DNA of 64,000 bases from Anaeramoeba ignava BMAN. Lineage: Eukaryota > Protista > Anaeramoebae. Below are positions 1 through 11,300 of the stretch, in pieces. Where the stretch lies: positions 62,001 to 126,000 of the forward strand of contig JAPDFW010000074.1 of NCBI GenBank assembly GCA_028826165.1, given 5' to 3'. Made by a program: the position numbers and the translations under genes. The notes beneath the pieces are model-generated. The model did not search any database. It was given only the letters and a program-made list of their open reading frames with translations, and was not told the origin of the DNA. How positions within the stretch are numbered: position 1 is the stretch's first letter; each line of letters opens with the position of its first letter.

Positions 1-53
1 GCAATTTCAACGAAAATTTATCAAGTCAAAAACTACAGAATAATTTAAAAAAA

Positions 54-674
54 ATGGAATTATTTTTACACAAAGAAAAAAAAAGCAAAAAAAATAACGG
101 ACAAGAAAAAAAAAGACAAGAAAAAGAAAGACAAGAAAAAGAAAGATTAGAAAAAAAAGAAGAGTTTCTAATCAACTCAAAAATTGAGAATGAAGAAGTA
201 AAAAAAGCACTTGAAAAAAGTATTTTGAAGGAAATAATATCGTCAAAAGAAACAAGTGTTCCCCCATTAAAAATCAAGGGAAAAAAAGGGAAAACAACAA
301 AAAGTGCTTTTCACGAAATTCCAGAAAAAGAAGTAACACCTGAAATTATGCGCGACTTTAAGATTATCATGAACAGAAAAGCACTTGATCCAAAAAGATT
401 TTATAAATCAAGTGATTATAAACATGATCAATTTCCAAAACGTTTTTATGTTGGAACTGTTTTGGATTCTCCTTTTGATTCTTCTTCTGATAGAATTCCC
501 CGCCGCCAAAGAGCTCCTACTCTTGCTGAACAACTTCTTAAAGATAGAAATTTTAAACAGTTTTCTCAAAATAAAATGAAGGAAATTAACAAAAAATTAA
601 AATCTGAACAATTTAGAAGAAATAAACAAAATAGAAACCAAAATCAAAGAAGAAAGAAAAGAAAAAATTTCTAA
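54..674 (+). CDS. FCF2: Fcf2/DNTTIP2-like pre-rRNA processing protein
   Basis: Single-exon 206-aa ORF. Segment 'EVTPEIMRDFKIIMNRKALDPKRFYKSSD...FPKRFYVGTVLDSPFDSSSDRIPRRQRAPTLAEQLLKD' matches the Fcf2 domain signature. Confidence 0.9.
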   Translation: MELFLHKEKKSKKNNGQEKKRQEKERQEKERLEKKEEFLINSKIENEEVKKALEKSILKEIISSKETSVPPLKIKGKKGKTTKSAFHEIPEKEVTPEIMRDFKIIMNRKALDPKRFYKSSDYKHDQFPKRFYVGTVLDSPFDSSSDRIPRRQRAPTLAEQLLKDRNFKQFSQNKMKEINKKLKSEQFRRNKQNRNQNQRRKKRKNF

Positions 675-808
675 ATAACAATATTAATCAAAACTTATTC
701 GAATTTTTCATTTTTTTTTAATAGAAATTTTAATAGAAATTTAATAAATAAATTCAATAATCAAAATTAAATTAAAACTTATTTAAATTTTTCATATATT
801 TTTATTAA

Positions 809-1767
809 TTAAATTTTTTGTAAAATATAAAGTCCATTTCTTAATTCAGGATAATGAATTTTTGTTTCACTTGTATCATAATGATGAACAACAATCTAAA
901 AAAAGAAAAAGAAAAAGAAAAAGAAAATCGGAAAAATAAATATTTTTTTTAAAAATAATAAAAATAATAATAACAAACTCCTTCAGAAGAAATACTATCA
1001 ATTTCTGAATAACATTTCATTCCTTCTTTACCAATTTGAAGATAAATATGATCACCTTCTTTTAAATCAATTCCGTTATAATTCAAATTTTCACCATCAA
1101 AATGAACTTCAACTTGTTTTTCAAAAACATTTTTTTTTCCTTGATCTAAAACTTTCTTTCCTGCTTGAATAATATTTAAATCTTCAGCAATCTCAGTATC
1201 ATCAAGTCTTCCTTCAAGAAATACTTGAAATAATTTTAATTGAAATAATTTTAATTGAAATTAAAAAAAATTTGATTTTAATCGGAAAAAAATTATAAAT
1301 ATATTTATAAATATATTTACAATATTTATGTTGCTTTAATGAATCTGGTATCGTTTCTCGATTTTTTTTTAATGAATGCTCTTTTTATTTTTGATATTTT
1401 TTTTTCTCATTCAATTTCCAAATTGAAAAATAAACGGTTAAAAATTTTTAATTATAAATTTACGAATAATTTTATCATGAAGTAAATCTCTTTTTTTCTG
1501 GATTTTCTTCAGAAATTTTTGGTGTAATTTATTGCAATAAATATCAAATTCATTTTGCGCAACAATTTGTTCCCAATCAAAAACATTTTTTAAATTTTGA
1601 ACACATTCAAAAAAACTTTCTTGTGATTCTCGAATTTTTTGTTGATAAACTCGTTCTAATCTGTCCATTTCTTGTTGATATTTATCACTAATTGAATTAA
1701 TTAAAGCTTTTTCTTGTTCTTTTATATTTGGATTATTTGAATCAATTAAATCAGATAAATTTTTCAT
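809..1767 (-). CDS. Sds3/BRMS1-like Sin3-HDAC complex subunit (4 exons)
   Basis: Exons 1767-1464, 1380-1321, 1223-979, 895-809 join in frame through GT-AG introns. N-terminal coiled coil followed by 'KYLFLEGRLDDTEIAEDLNII', resembling the Sds3 'YIVYML..EI.EDL' motif. Confidence 0.6.
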
Positions 1768-1807
1768 TTGAAGAAAAAAAAAATGAAAAAATGAAAAATG
1801 AAAAAAA
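1768..1807 (-). promoter_or_regulatory. Tandem TCATTTT initiator-like motifs upstream of the Sds3-like ATG
   Basis: + strand (aaaaatg)x3, i.e. sense-strand TCATTTTT repeats within about 40 nt of the start codon. The same motif recurs before most genes. Confidence 0.6.
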
Positions 1808-1861
1808 TTTATTTAAAAAAAAAGAAAAATTTATTAAAGATAAAAAATTTTGATTAGAAAA

Positions 1862-4800
1862 CTATTTCTTCTTCTTTACAAATTGTGAAATCTCTCTTTT
1901 AAATTGAATAAAACTTAATTGATCTGTTCGAATTAATTGGGATCTTGAAAACAATTCTCTTTTTTTTTTGGAAATGAAAGAAACTAAAGGAAAAAATTCT
2001 TCTTGATCTTGAATTGAATCTTTATAACAAGGAATAAGTCGAGAATAAAACATTCTTGACTGGGAATTGCCATAAGAAAACGATACAACTTTTGGAGGAG
2101 GAAATCTTTGTTGAGAAATTTCTTTTGCAAAATTCAATCCAATTTTTAAACCTTTTTGGAAATCCACTTTTTCACAGATAAAAATCATAACAAAAAAATA
2201 ATTATCCATAACAAGAACATAATCGTCAAGTAAAATGGAAAGATCACACAAAGGAATCTCGAGTGGTTTTTTTTCTTGGTTTGTTTTTTCTTGGTTTGAA
2301 TTTATATTTTCTTCATCCATTTTAATTGCATATAATTTTGGTGATAAAATTAATTTTGTGTTTGAAATATTCAAATTAAGGAAGTAAAATCTTTGCAGTT
2401 GAATATCATCGGTTTTCTTTGTTTGATTCAAAAATAAACTTGTTTGCAAATGATAAAATAAAACAAGCGATTCCATGATTTTTTCTGTTTTCCAATCTAA
2501 ATAAAATAATTTTTTGACAGGTTCCAAATCTTGAGTTTGTCTTAAATCTCCGTTTTTCATTTCAAGTATCAATTTGCGAGCAAGCAATAAAATCACAATT
2601 TCAGGATCAACAAATTTGGAGACTTGCTCGTCTTCTTTAGATGCAAATAGCATTTGGTTATTTAATTTAATAATTCGGTCTCCACTTTGATTTTCAAATG
2701 TAAGAACAAATTGCATAAAAAAAAGCATATTTTCTGGAATATCATTTTCAACTGTGAAATAAAAAGTAAATGAACGATTGGAATCAATACTTCTTCCAAT
2801 ATTGAAGTTATAAACATTGAATCCTTGCGTGATTTGCTGGATATTTAATAGCTCTCCAATTTCAATTGATCTCTGAAGCTCCTTTTTATTTTTGGATTCG
2901 TAAATATTCGTGTTTTCAATATCATCAATTGATTCTTGTTTATTTTTTTCTTCTTCAACATTGATTTGATATTTCACTTTTTGAAGTTCTTGGTTTTTTT
3001 CCAAATCTCTGAATACTTCTTCAATTTTTTCATCATTTGTGATCGGTCCAATGACTTGTGATATTGTGATCTGTTTTGGTGTTCTTATTTGAAGCATTGG
3101 ATTAAAACCGAAAGAATTGATTGATTCATGATTAATTTGTTTCGAGAATAAAGATTCAAAATTCTCATTTGTTGAATTGTGCATAAAAATTAATCCTCCG
3201 CAAGTTTCGACCAAATTGATGAAAAAAGGTATGAAAAATTCGCGGTATCCAATTAAAAAGAGGTCAATTCGAATATTTTTGGCTGAACTAACATGAGATA
3301 AATTTTGGTAATATTTTTGGGTTAATTGATATTTTCTTTGTATAATTTTGTCTTCATTTTCTCCAAATAAAGAAACCAATAAATAATTGAAAGCATTATG
3401 GAAACTAAATGAGTTATTATTTTGATTTTGATTTTGATTTTGATTTTGATTTTGATTTTCATTTTCATTTTCATTTTCGTTTTCGTTTTCTTCGCTATCT
3501 GAATCACTTGAAAAACTTTCTTCTCCTCTTTCAGAAGGATTGCTAATCATTGATCCAACTCCTAAATTTGGCGCTCCAGATAAAATTGGTATAATTGTCC
3601 ATCGACTATATTCTTTTTTTGGAATCATTGAGATTCCTATTTCAATTCCTTTTCCTAAATTTCTGAATCCATTGTCTTTGTTTCTGATTGAAATGTCTGG
3701 ATTTCTTCCAATTCTTCCCAAAATTTTTACGAAAATTGCTTTACATTTTTTCCATTCACAAAAAAAACTGAAATTGCAATATTTTTCTGAATTTTGAGGA
3801 GATTCATTTGATGATGTATTTGAATTAAACAAAAGATTTAAATCTTCGGATTTTTCTGGGTTTTCTAAATCAAATTGTTTGTGAATTGAATAAACTTGAG
3901 CAGATATTTTTTGAATTTGATTTAAATCATAAACAGTTATTATTTTCTTGAGAGAAATTAATCCAATTTTTGTTTCTGGAGATTGCTGATTCATTGCTAA
4001 AACAATTCCATTTGAAATTGCTTTCATTTCATTCAAATTAAAATTTTCATCAATCAAAAAAAGGAAATTATTAAAATTTTGATTTCCAATTATATTTTGA
4101 TTTTGATTTTGATTTTGATTTTGATTTTGATTTTCATTTTGATTTTGATTTTCATTTTGATTTTCATTTTGAATTTCATTTTGATTTTGATTTTGATTTT
4201 GAATTTCAATTTGAATTTCATTTTGATTTTCAATTTCGTTTTCATTTTGAATTTGATTTTCAATTATATTTTCATTTTGATTTTGATTTTGATTTTCATT
4301 TTGATTTTGATTTTGATTTTGATTTTGATTTTCAATTATATTTTCATTTTGATTTTGATTTTGATTTTGATTTTGATTTTGATTTTGATTTTGATTTTGA
4401 TTTTGATTTTGATTTTGATTTTGATTTTGATTTTGATTTTGATTTTGATTTTGATTTTGATTTTGATTTTGATTTTGATTTTGATTTTGATTTTGATTTT
4501 GATTTTGATTTTCATTTTCAATTATATTTTCATTTTGATTTTCATTTTGAATTTCAATTTGAATTTCATTTTGAATTTCATTTTGATTTTCATTTTGATT
4601 TTGATTTTGAATTTGATTTTCATTTTCATTTTCATTTTGAATTAAATTGGTTTTTGTATTTTGAATAATGAAATTGCAAGTTTGATACTCAATTTCAGGG
4701 AAATTATTTCTATCTTTATCAATAAAAGAGTTTGATTTTCCACAAAAAGTACATTTCCAAGATTTTAAAGGGGTTATTGGGAAATATGGAGTAACTATTG

Positions 4801-4975
4801 CTTTGCAATGTGAACAAAGAAGTGGTATTCTGTTAAAAATTGTTGCTGGAGTTGTTTCTTTTTCTAGTGAATTTGGACTTAAAATAGCTCCAAATGGTAT
4901 TTTATTTTTTTTAAAGAATATTGCTTTTGATGGTAAAACTCCAAAAGAAAAACGGAAATCTTGAATTTTGTGCAT
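1862..4975 (-). CDS. Divergent Sec23/Sec24-family protein (zinc finger, vWA trunk, beta-sandwich, gelsolin-like) with long NQ insert
   Basis: CSHC...WKCTFC zinc finger; 'FLFLIDEN' trunk start; 'LSGAPNLGVGSM'; 'FFMQFVLTFENQSGDRIIKL'; C-terminal 'RFPPPKVV..GNSQSRMFYSRLIP..TDQLSFIQF'. Confidence 0.8.
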   Translation of the reverse strand: MHKIQDFRFSFGVLPSKAIFFKKNKIPFGAILSPNSLEKETTPATIFNRIPLLCSHCKAIVTPYFPITPLKSWKCTFCGKSNSFIDKDRNNFPEIEYQTCNFIIQNTKTNLIQNENENENQIQNQNQNENQNEIQNEIQIEIQNENQNENIIENENQNQNQNQNQNQNQNQNQNQNQNQNQNQNQNQNQNQNQNQNQNQNQNQNQNQNQNENIIENQNQNQNQNQNENQNQNQNENIIENQIQNENEIENQNEIQIEIQNQNQNQNEIQNENQNENQNQNENQNQNQNQNQNQNIIGNQNFNNFLFLIDENFNLNEMKAISNGIVLAMNQQSPETKIGLISLKKIITVYDLNQIQKISAQVYSIHKQFDLENPEKSEDLNLLFNSNTSSNESPQNSEKYCNFSFFCEWKKCKAIFVKILGRIGRNPDISIRNKDNGFRNLGKGIEIGISMIPKKEYSRWTIIPILSGAPNLGVGSMISNPSERGEESFSSDSDSEENENENENENENQNQNQNQNQNQNNNSFSFHNAFNYLLVSLFGENEDKIIQRKYQLTQKYYQNLSHVSSAKNIRIDLFLIGYREFFIPFFINLVETCGGLIFMHNSTNENFESLFSKQINHESINSFGFNPMLQIRTPKQITISQVIGPITNDEKIEEVFRDLEKNQELQKVKYQINVEEEKNKQESIDDIENTNIYESKNKKELQRSIEIGELLNIQQITQGFNVYNFNIGRSIDSNRSFTFYFTVENDIPENMLFFMQFVLTFENQSGDRIIKLNNQMLFASKEDEQVSKFVDPEIVILLLARKLILEMKNGDLRQTQDLEPVKKLFYLDWKTEKIMESLVLFYHLQTSLFLNQTKKTDDIQLQRFYFLNLNISNTKLILSPKLYAIKMDEENINSNQEKTNQEKKPLEIPLCDLSILLDDYVLVMDNYFFVMIFICEKVDFQKGLKIGLNFAKEISQQRFPPPKVVSFSYGNSQSRMFYSRLIPCYKDSIQDQEEFFPLVSFISKKKRELFSRSQLIRTDQLSFIQFKREISQFVKKKK
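4090..4640 (-). repeat. Coding hexamer microsatellite (AATCAA/AATGAA)n encoding an NQ/NE tract
   Basis: In-frame, stop-free tract between the zinc finger and trunk of the Sec23-like protein. Confidence 0.9.
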
Positions 4976-5020
4976 TTATTTTATTTAATTAAAAAATGAA
5001 AAAATGAAAAAATGAAAAAA

Positions 5021-5145
5021 TATTTTGGAAATTAAAATATTTTGGAAATTAAAATATTTTTGGAAATTAAAATATTTTGGAAATTGAAATATTTTAGGAA
5101 ATTAAAATATTTTGGAAATTGAAATATTTTGGAAATTGAAATTTT
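5021..5145. repeat. Tandem ~17-18 bp array (TATTTTGGAAATTAAAA)n
   Basis: About 7 near-identical copies between the DNAJC17 3' end and the initiator-like motifs of the Sec23-like gene. Confidence 0.85.
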
Positions 5146-5229
5146 TATTTTTCAAAATTATCAACATAATTTTATAATTAAAAACTAAATTAAACAAAAC
5201 AAATTGTTGATTTTTTCTTTCTATTGATT

Positions 5230-6576
5230 TTAGATTTTTTGATTAGATTTTGATTGAGCCATTTTCATTTTTTTAAAAACAAGATTTTCTAAAGTTTCTG
5301 TATCTATTGAAGTATCTATTATAATATTATCTTTTGGATTTTCTTTTTGTTTAAAATTTGATGGTCTTTTTTTCTTTTTCTTTTTTTCTAAATTATCAAG
5401 TTTTTTGATACGAAAAGTGAATAAAGAAGTTTTTTGTATTTCATTTTCAGTTACAAATGGAATGCTTTGAATTGAATCAAAAACAATAATTCCTTTTTTT
5501 TTTCCAAGTTTAATTTTACTAATTTTTCCAAATTTTGAGAAATGATTTAAAACATTTGATTCATTAATTTGAATTTTATTATTTTTTTGTTTCCATTGAA
5601 TTCTAATTGTTCTATTCAATTCTTCTTTTGGATCATTTTGAATTTTTTGATTGAAAATTTTGTTTGTATATTTTTGTTTAAAATTTTCTATTGATTTGAG
5701 TCCATCTTGTTTGATTTTTTCAGTCTAAAATAAATAAAATAAATAAAAAATAAATTAATTTTTGATTTTGATTTTAATTTTGATTTTGATTTTGATTTTA
5801 ATTTTAATTTTAATTTTAATTTTGATTTTAATTTTAATTTTGATTTTAAATTTTAATTTTGATTTTAATTTTGATTTTGATTTTGATTTTGATTTTGAAT
5901 TTAATTTTGATTTTAATTTTGATTTTGATTTTAATTTTGATTTTAAATTTAATTTTAATTTTAATTTTAATTTTAATTTTGATTTTAATTTTAAATTTAA
6001 TTTTAAATTTACCATTCCTTTTTGGGCTTTTAATTGATTTTTTTGACGTTGTTTTTCTTGCCATTCATTTTCTTTTTGAATTAATCCTATTTTTTTTTAA
6101 AAGAAAAAGAAAAAATTAAATTAAAAAAATTTCAATTTTAATTTTAATTTAAAAAAAATTTATTTACTTTCTTTCATTTTTCTTCTTTTTTCATCCATTT
6201 CTTCTTCTCTTTTTTTTTTCTCACGCATAGTAATTAATTTACTATCAATTTGAATTCTTATTTTTGGATTAGAAAGATAATTTTGAGCTTTTTTAAGTTT
6301 ATGAAAAATTTCAACTTTTTTTTTTTTAATAAATTAAAAATTAAATTAATTAAATTAAAATAAATTAAATTAAATTAAATTAAATTAAAAATTAAATTAA
6401 ATTAAAAATTAAATTAAATTAAACTTACGTGCTTCTTTTGTTTTATTTTTATCTGGATGATATTTAAGTGCTAATTTTCTATATGCTGTTTGTATTTCTG
6501 AATCTGTTGCTCCAGAATCAATTTGAAGAATTTCATACCAATCAATAGAAAGATCTTCTTCTGTAATTTCTTGCAT
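5230..6576 (-). CDS. DNAJC17: DnaJ + RRM spliceosome-associated protein (DNAJC17/Cwf23), 4 exons
   Basis: Exons 6576-6429, 6314-6168, 6086-6013, 5724-5230 in frame. J domain '[30 protein letters not shown]', then coiled coil, then RRM '[23 protein letters not shown]'. Confidence 0.85.
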
Positions 6577-6619
6577 TAAAAAAAATGAAAAAATGAAAAA
6601 TGAAAAATGAAAAATGAAA

Positions 6620-6828
6620 TTTTATTTTTGAATTAAATTTTATTTTTGAATTTGAAATTTATTTTTGAATTTTGATTATTTTTGAATTTTAAATTATTTT
6701 TGAATTAAATTTTATTTTTGAATTTAAAATTATTTTTGAATTTAAAATTATTTTTGAATTTAAAATTATTTTTGAATTTTGATTTATTTTTGAATTAAAT
6801 TTTATTTTTGATTTATTTTTGAATTTAA
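6620..6828. repeat. Tandem ~17-20 bp array (TTATTTTTGAATTTAAAA)n
   Basis: About a dozen degenerate copies fill the interval between the coiled-coil gene stop and the DNAJC17 initiator-like motifs. Confidence 0.8.
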
Positions 6829-6829
6829 A

Positions 6830-8233
6830 TCATTTTCTTGAAGATTCTGTTCTAATTCCAATTCTTCTTCTTCTTAATGACTTCTTTTGAGCAGTTGTCA
6901 TTTGAAGAAAATGAACAACTTTATCAAAAATCCATTTATGCCATTCATGGAATTGAATCTTTTTCTCAATAGCTTCTTGATACCAAGCATTGATTATTTT
7001 GGGCGAAATATGAATAGTTGAAATATTTGGAAATTTTTCACTAACGGCAACTTGGACTTTTGAAGCAATAACACTTAAATAAAAATAGGTTTCCATCATT
7101 TGAAATTGTTCTTGTTGTGAAGATTCATCTTGTTCTTCAAGCTCTTTTGATTTTTCATCTGATTCTGATTCATTTTTTTGATTTGAATTTTTTTGATTTT
7201 TTTCATTTATATTTTTTTCATTTGTATCTTTTTCATTTGTATCTTTTTGGGGATTTTTATTTGCATAATGAGTGCTTGTAAGTTTACCACTCACTTTTTC
7301 CACATCTTGTTTTTTCTCTTGGTTTTGATTCTTCTTATTGTCATTTTGGTTCTTATTCTGATTTCCATTATTATTTTCTACTTTTTCATCTTTTTTACTT
7401 TCATTTGTATTTTCTTTTTTCTCTTGCCGAAAGCTTTTTCTTGGAGCTGGAGAAGCTCCTTGAGTCATAAACATTTGCTCTAATTGATCGAATATATTCC
7501 CTTTAAAGTTTCCTTTTGGAGCAATTAATCCACTGCTTTGTTGTTCTTTTTGATTTTCTTCCAAAAGATTTTTTTTTTGTTCGTTTTTTATTTTTTCTTC
7601 TTTAATAATTTCATCTTTTTCTTGGATAATTTTTTGCAAATTTTTGATTTCATTTTGAAACTCAGAAATCTCTTTTTTAAATGTTTGAATTTTGACAATT
7701 TTTTGATCAAGTTTGAAATTTTTTTGCTCAATTTGGTCTTTTTCTGTTTTATTAATTTCCTTCATTTTCTTGACTTCATCTTGAAAATCATCGATAGTTT
7801 TTTGAAGCTTTTGAGTTTCTAAATCTGAATCATAATAATATTTCTTAAAATTTTCCTTTTCCTGAAAAATTTGATTTTTTTCACTTTCCAAAGAAATTAA
7901 ATCTTTATGATATTTTTCAATTTGATCTTTAAGTGTTTGAACTTCTTCTTCTTGTTGGTTATATTCCTCAATAATTTCTTGATTTTTTGCCAATTGCTTC
8001 AAAACACTTGTTAAATGAGTTTCCAAATTTCCTATTTTTTCTGAAAGATTTGCATTTTCCATTTCAAGATTATTATATCTTGCTTTAAGTTTTGTATTTT
8101 CAATTTCTAAGTGTGAAATTTCTTTTTTGAAATGTGTTAATTCTGTTTTTGATTGCTCAATTATTTGTTCTTGTTCTTTTGTGATTTTTTCAAGGTTATC
8201 CATAAAATCTATTGTCGATTTATTCAAATCCAT
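6830..8233 (-). CDS. Coiled-coil protein with small globular C-terminal domain, function unknown
   Basis: 467-aa single-exon ORF with an E/K/Q heptad-like N-half and C-terminal 'METYFYLSVIASKV...WYQEAIEKKIQFHEWHKWI'. Confidence 0.75.
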   Translation of the reverse strand: MDLNKSTIDFMDNLEKITKEQEQIIEQSKTELTHFKKEISHLEIENTKLKARYNNLEMENANLSEKIGNLETHLTSVLKQLAKNQEIIEEYNQQEEEVQTLKDQIEKYHKDLISLESEKNQIFQEKENFKKYYYDSDLETQKLQKTIDDFQDEVKKMKEINKTEKDQIEQKNFKLDQKIVKIQTFKKEISEFQNEIKNLQKIIQEKDEIIKEEKIKNEQKKNLLEENQKEQQSSGLIAPKGNFKGNIFDQLEQMFMTQGASPAPRKSFRQEKKENTNESKKDEKVENNNGNQNKNQNDNKKNQNQEKKQDVEKVSGKLTSTHYANKNPQKDTNEKDTNEKNINEKNQKNSNQKNESESDEKSKELEEQDESSQQEQFQMMETYFYLSVIASKVQVAVSEKFPNISTIHISPKIINAWYQEAIEKKIQFHEWHKWIFDKVVHFLQMTTAQKKSLRRRRIGIRTESSRK

Positions 8234-8345
8234 TTTGTTTTATTTTTTTTTTTGGGATTTGAATTGGATTTGAAAAAAAAAAATGAAAAATTAAAAAAAT
8301 TTTTTTTTCATTTTTTTTTCCTTTTTTATTATTTTTTAAAAAGAA

Positions 8346-11300
8346 ATGCAACAATCAATTACTGTTTCTGATACATTATTACAAAAACTTTGCAAAATAC
8401 TTCGTCAATCTGAAAATTTATTTTTTATATCCTTTTTCATTTATAATTATATTTATATTTATATTTATAATTAAATTATAAACAAATTTACAAACAAATT
8501 TATAAACAAATTTACAAACAAATTTACAATTAAATTTATAATTATATTTATAATTATATTTATATACAAATTTATAATTAAATTTATATTTATAATTATA
8601 TTTAAATTTATAATTAAATTTACAAACAAATTTACAAACAAATTTACAAACAAATTTACAAACAAATTTATAATTAAATTTATAAATAAATTTATAATAT
8701 TTATAATATTTATAATATTTATAATATTTATAATATTTATAATATTTATAATATTTATAATATTTATAATATTTATAATATTTATAATATTTATAATATT
8801 TATAATATTTATAATATTTATAATATTTATAATATTTATAATATTTATAATATTTACAATATTTATAAAAAGAATGTTTTTCTTTGATTTATAATTTTTT
8901 CTTTCTTTACTTTCATGAAGTTGGTTTAGCTGATGTAAAAGGAAAGGCTTATCGTAGATTTCTTTCTTTAATTTCTGTTGATAATATCCCAACTGAATTT
9001 GGGTATTTTATTATTTATACTTAAAAATACTTAAATTTAATTTATTTAATATTTTCCAAAAATTATTTTAAGTTTATTAATTTTAATGAAAAAAAGATTA
9101 CATCTTGTTGTTGTAAAAGCTTTACCAATTTGTTCTGATTGGGTTTTAAAAGTGTGCTTTATTAAATTTCTTTTATTCAAAAAAAATTCAAAAAAATTCA
9201 AAAAGAAATTATTTCAAAAAAAATCATTTCAATAGAAACATCAAAATAATAAAACTTTTGAAATTCAATTCCAAAATACTTGGTATATTATAACAGGAAC
9301 TAAAAATGTTATTGAAAGTATTGATAAAAGACTTCAAAAAGCCCATAAACTTGCAGTAGAAAATAATTATAATTTTGCAAATATTTCTTCACATCATCTT
9401 TGGTTACAAAGATTTTCAACAGATTTTTTATCAAACTCAAATATGGAAAACATACCAGAAGGTAAATTTTAAAATAGTTCGTTTTTTGTTTTTCTAATTA
9501 TTTATTTTTAATCAAAAAAAAATAAAAAAAAATTTAATAGATGATATTGATTCAGGAATTTCTCTTAGGGAACAAATAAAGAAAGGCTTAGTTGAAAATA
9601 CAATTCGTATATTAAATTTAAAAATGAATTTAATTTAAAAATGGATTAGATTTAAAAATAAATATAATTTCAAAAATGAATTTAATTTCAAAAATGAATT
9701 TAATTTAGAAAATGGATTTAATTTAAAAAATAAATATAATTTAAAAATGAATTTAATTTAAAAAATGAATTTAATTTAAAAAATGAATTTAATTTAAAAA
9801 ATGAATTTAATTTAAAAAATGAATTTAATTTAAAAAATGAATTTAAATTAAAAAATGGATTTAATTTGAAAAATGAATTTAATTTAAAAAATGAATTTAA
9901 TTTAAAAAATGAATTTAATTTAAAAAATGAATTTAATTTAAAAAATGAATTTAATTTAAAAAATGGATTTAATTTAAAAATGAAATTAATTTCAAAAATG
10001 AATTTAATTTAAAAAATGAATTTAATTTAAAAAATGGATTTAAATTGAAAAATGAATGAATTTGAAAAATGGATTAAATTTAAAAAATGAATTTAATTTC
10101 AAAAATGAATTTAATTTTAAAAATGAATTTAATTTAAAAAATGAATTTAATTTAAAAAATGAATTTAATTTCAAAAATGAATTTAATTTCAAAAAAATCG
10201 AATTTAATTTGAAAAAAAAATGAATTTAATAGCAATAACTGATAGAAGTTTTTCAACAGATAATTTAAACTCAGATGAATCAAATACTGAAAAAGATCCA
10301 AATCAAATTTATTCAAGATCTTCACCTGAAATTATTAAATTAAGAGATGATTGGATAAAAAGTGAATTAGCAAAACATAAAGAAGAAATTTCAGAAGAAA
10401 TGCCAATTAGAATACTTTGTGGAACTTGGAATGTTAATAATACTAAACCTTCAGAAAGTCTTGAGGATTTTTTAAGTGATCCAGATGGTTCTCCTGATTT
10501 AATTGCTCTTGGGTTTTTATTTATAAAAAAAAATCATCTAAAATCGAAAAAAAAATTAATTGAAAAGAAAAATATCTTTTTTAATTTAAAGATTTCAAGA
10601 AATTGATACAACAAAATCAGGTTTAATCTCTAATGATATTTCTAAAAAGAAAGGTTGGGAAGAAAAAATTCAAGAAGCTTTACAAGCAAAAAACTCTAAA
10701 TATCTTCTTGTAAAATTTAAATTAAAAAAAATTAATATAAAATTTAAATTTATAAAATTAATATAAATTTAAATTTTAGATTCGATCAAAACAACTTGCA
10801 GGAATTTTAATATGTGTTTTTGTAAAAGATGATCATAAAAGAGCAATAAGTGATATTGAAACTGATGAAACTGCAGTTGGAGTTTTAGGAATTCTTGTAT
10901 TATAATCATCATAATTATTTTTATATCAATTCAATTCAAAAATCAATTTCAAGAAATAATTTAAATCAATTTAAAGAATTATTTTATATCAATTCAATTC
11001 AAAAATCAATTTCAAGAAATAATTTAAATCAATTCAAAGAAATATTTTTAAATGAATTCAAAGAAATAATTTAAATCAATTCAAAGAAATATTTTTAAAT
11101 CGTTTTTAAAAATTCAAAATTCAATTTAAATCAAATAATTTAAAAAAAAAACAACTTAAAATACAAGGCAAATAAAGGAGCTGTTGCTGTTCGATTTAAT
11201 TTTTATGATACAAGCATTGTATTTATCAGTAGTCATCTTGCTTGTCATTTATCTAATGTTTCAAAACGAAATCAAGATCAAAAATCAATAACAAAAGGAT

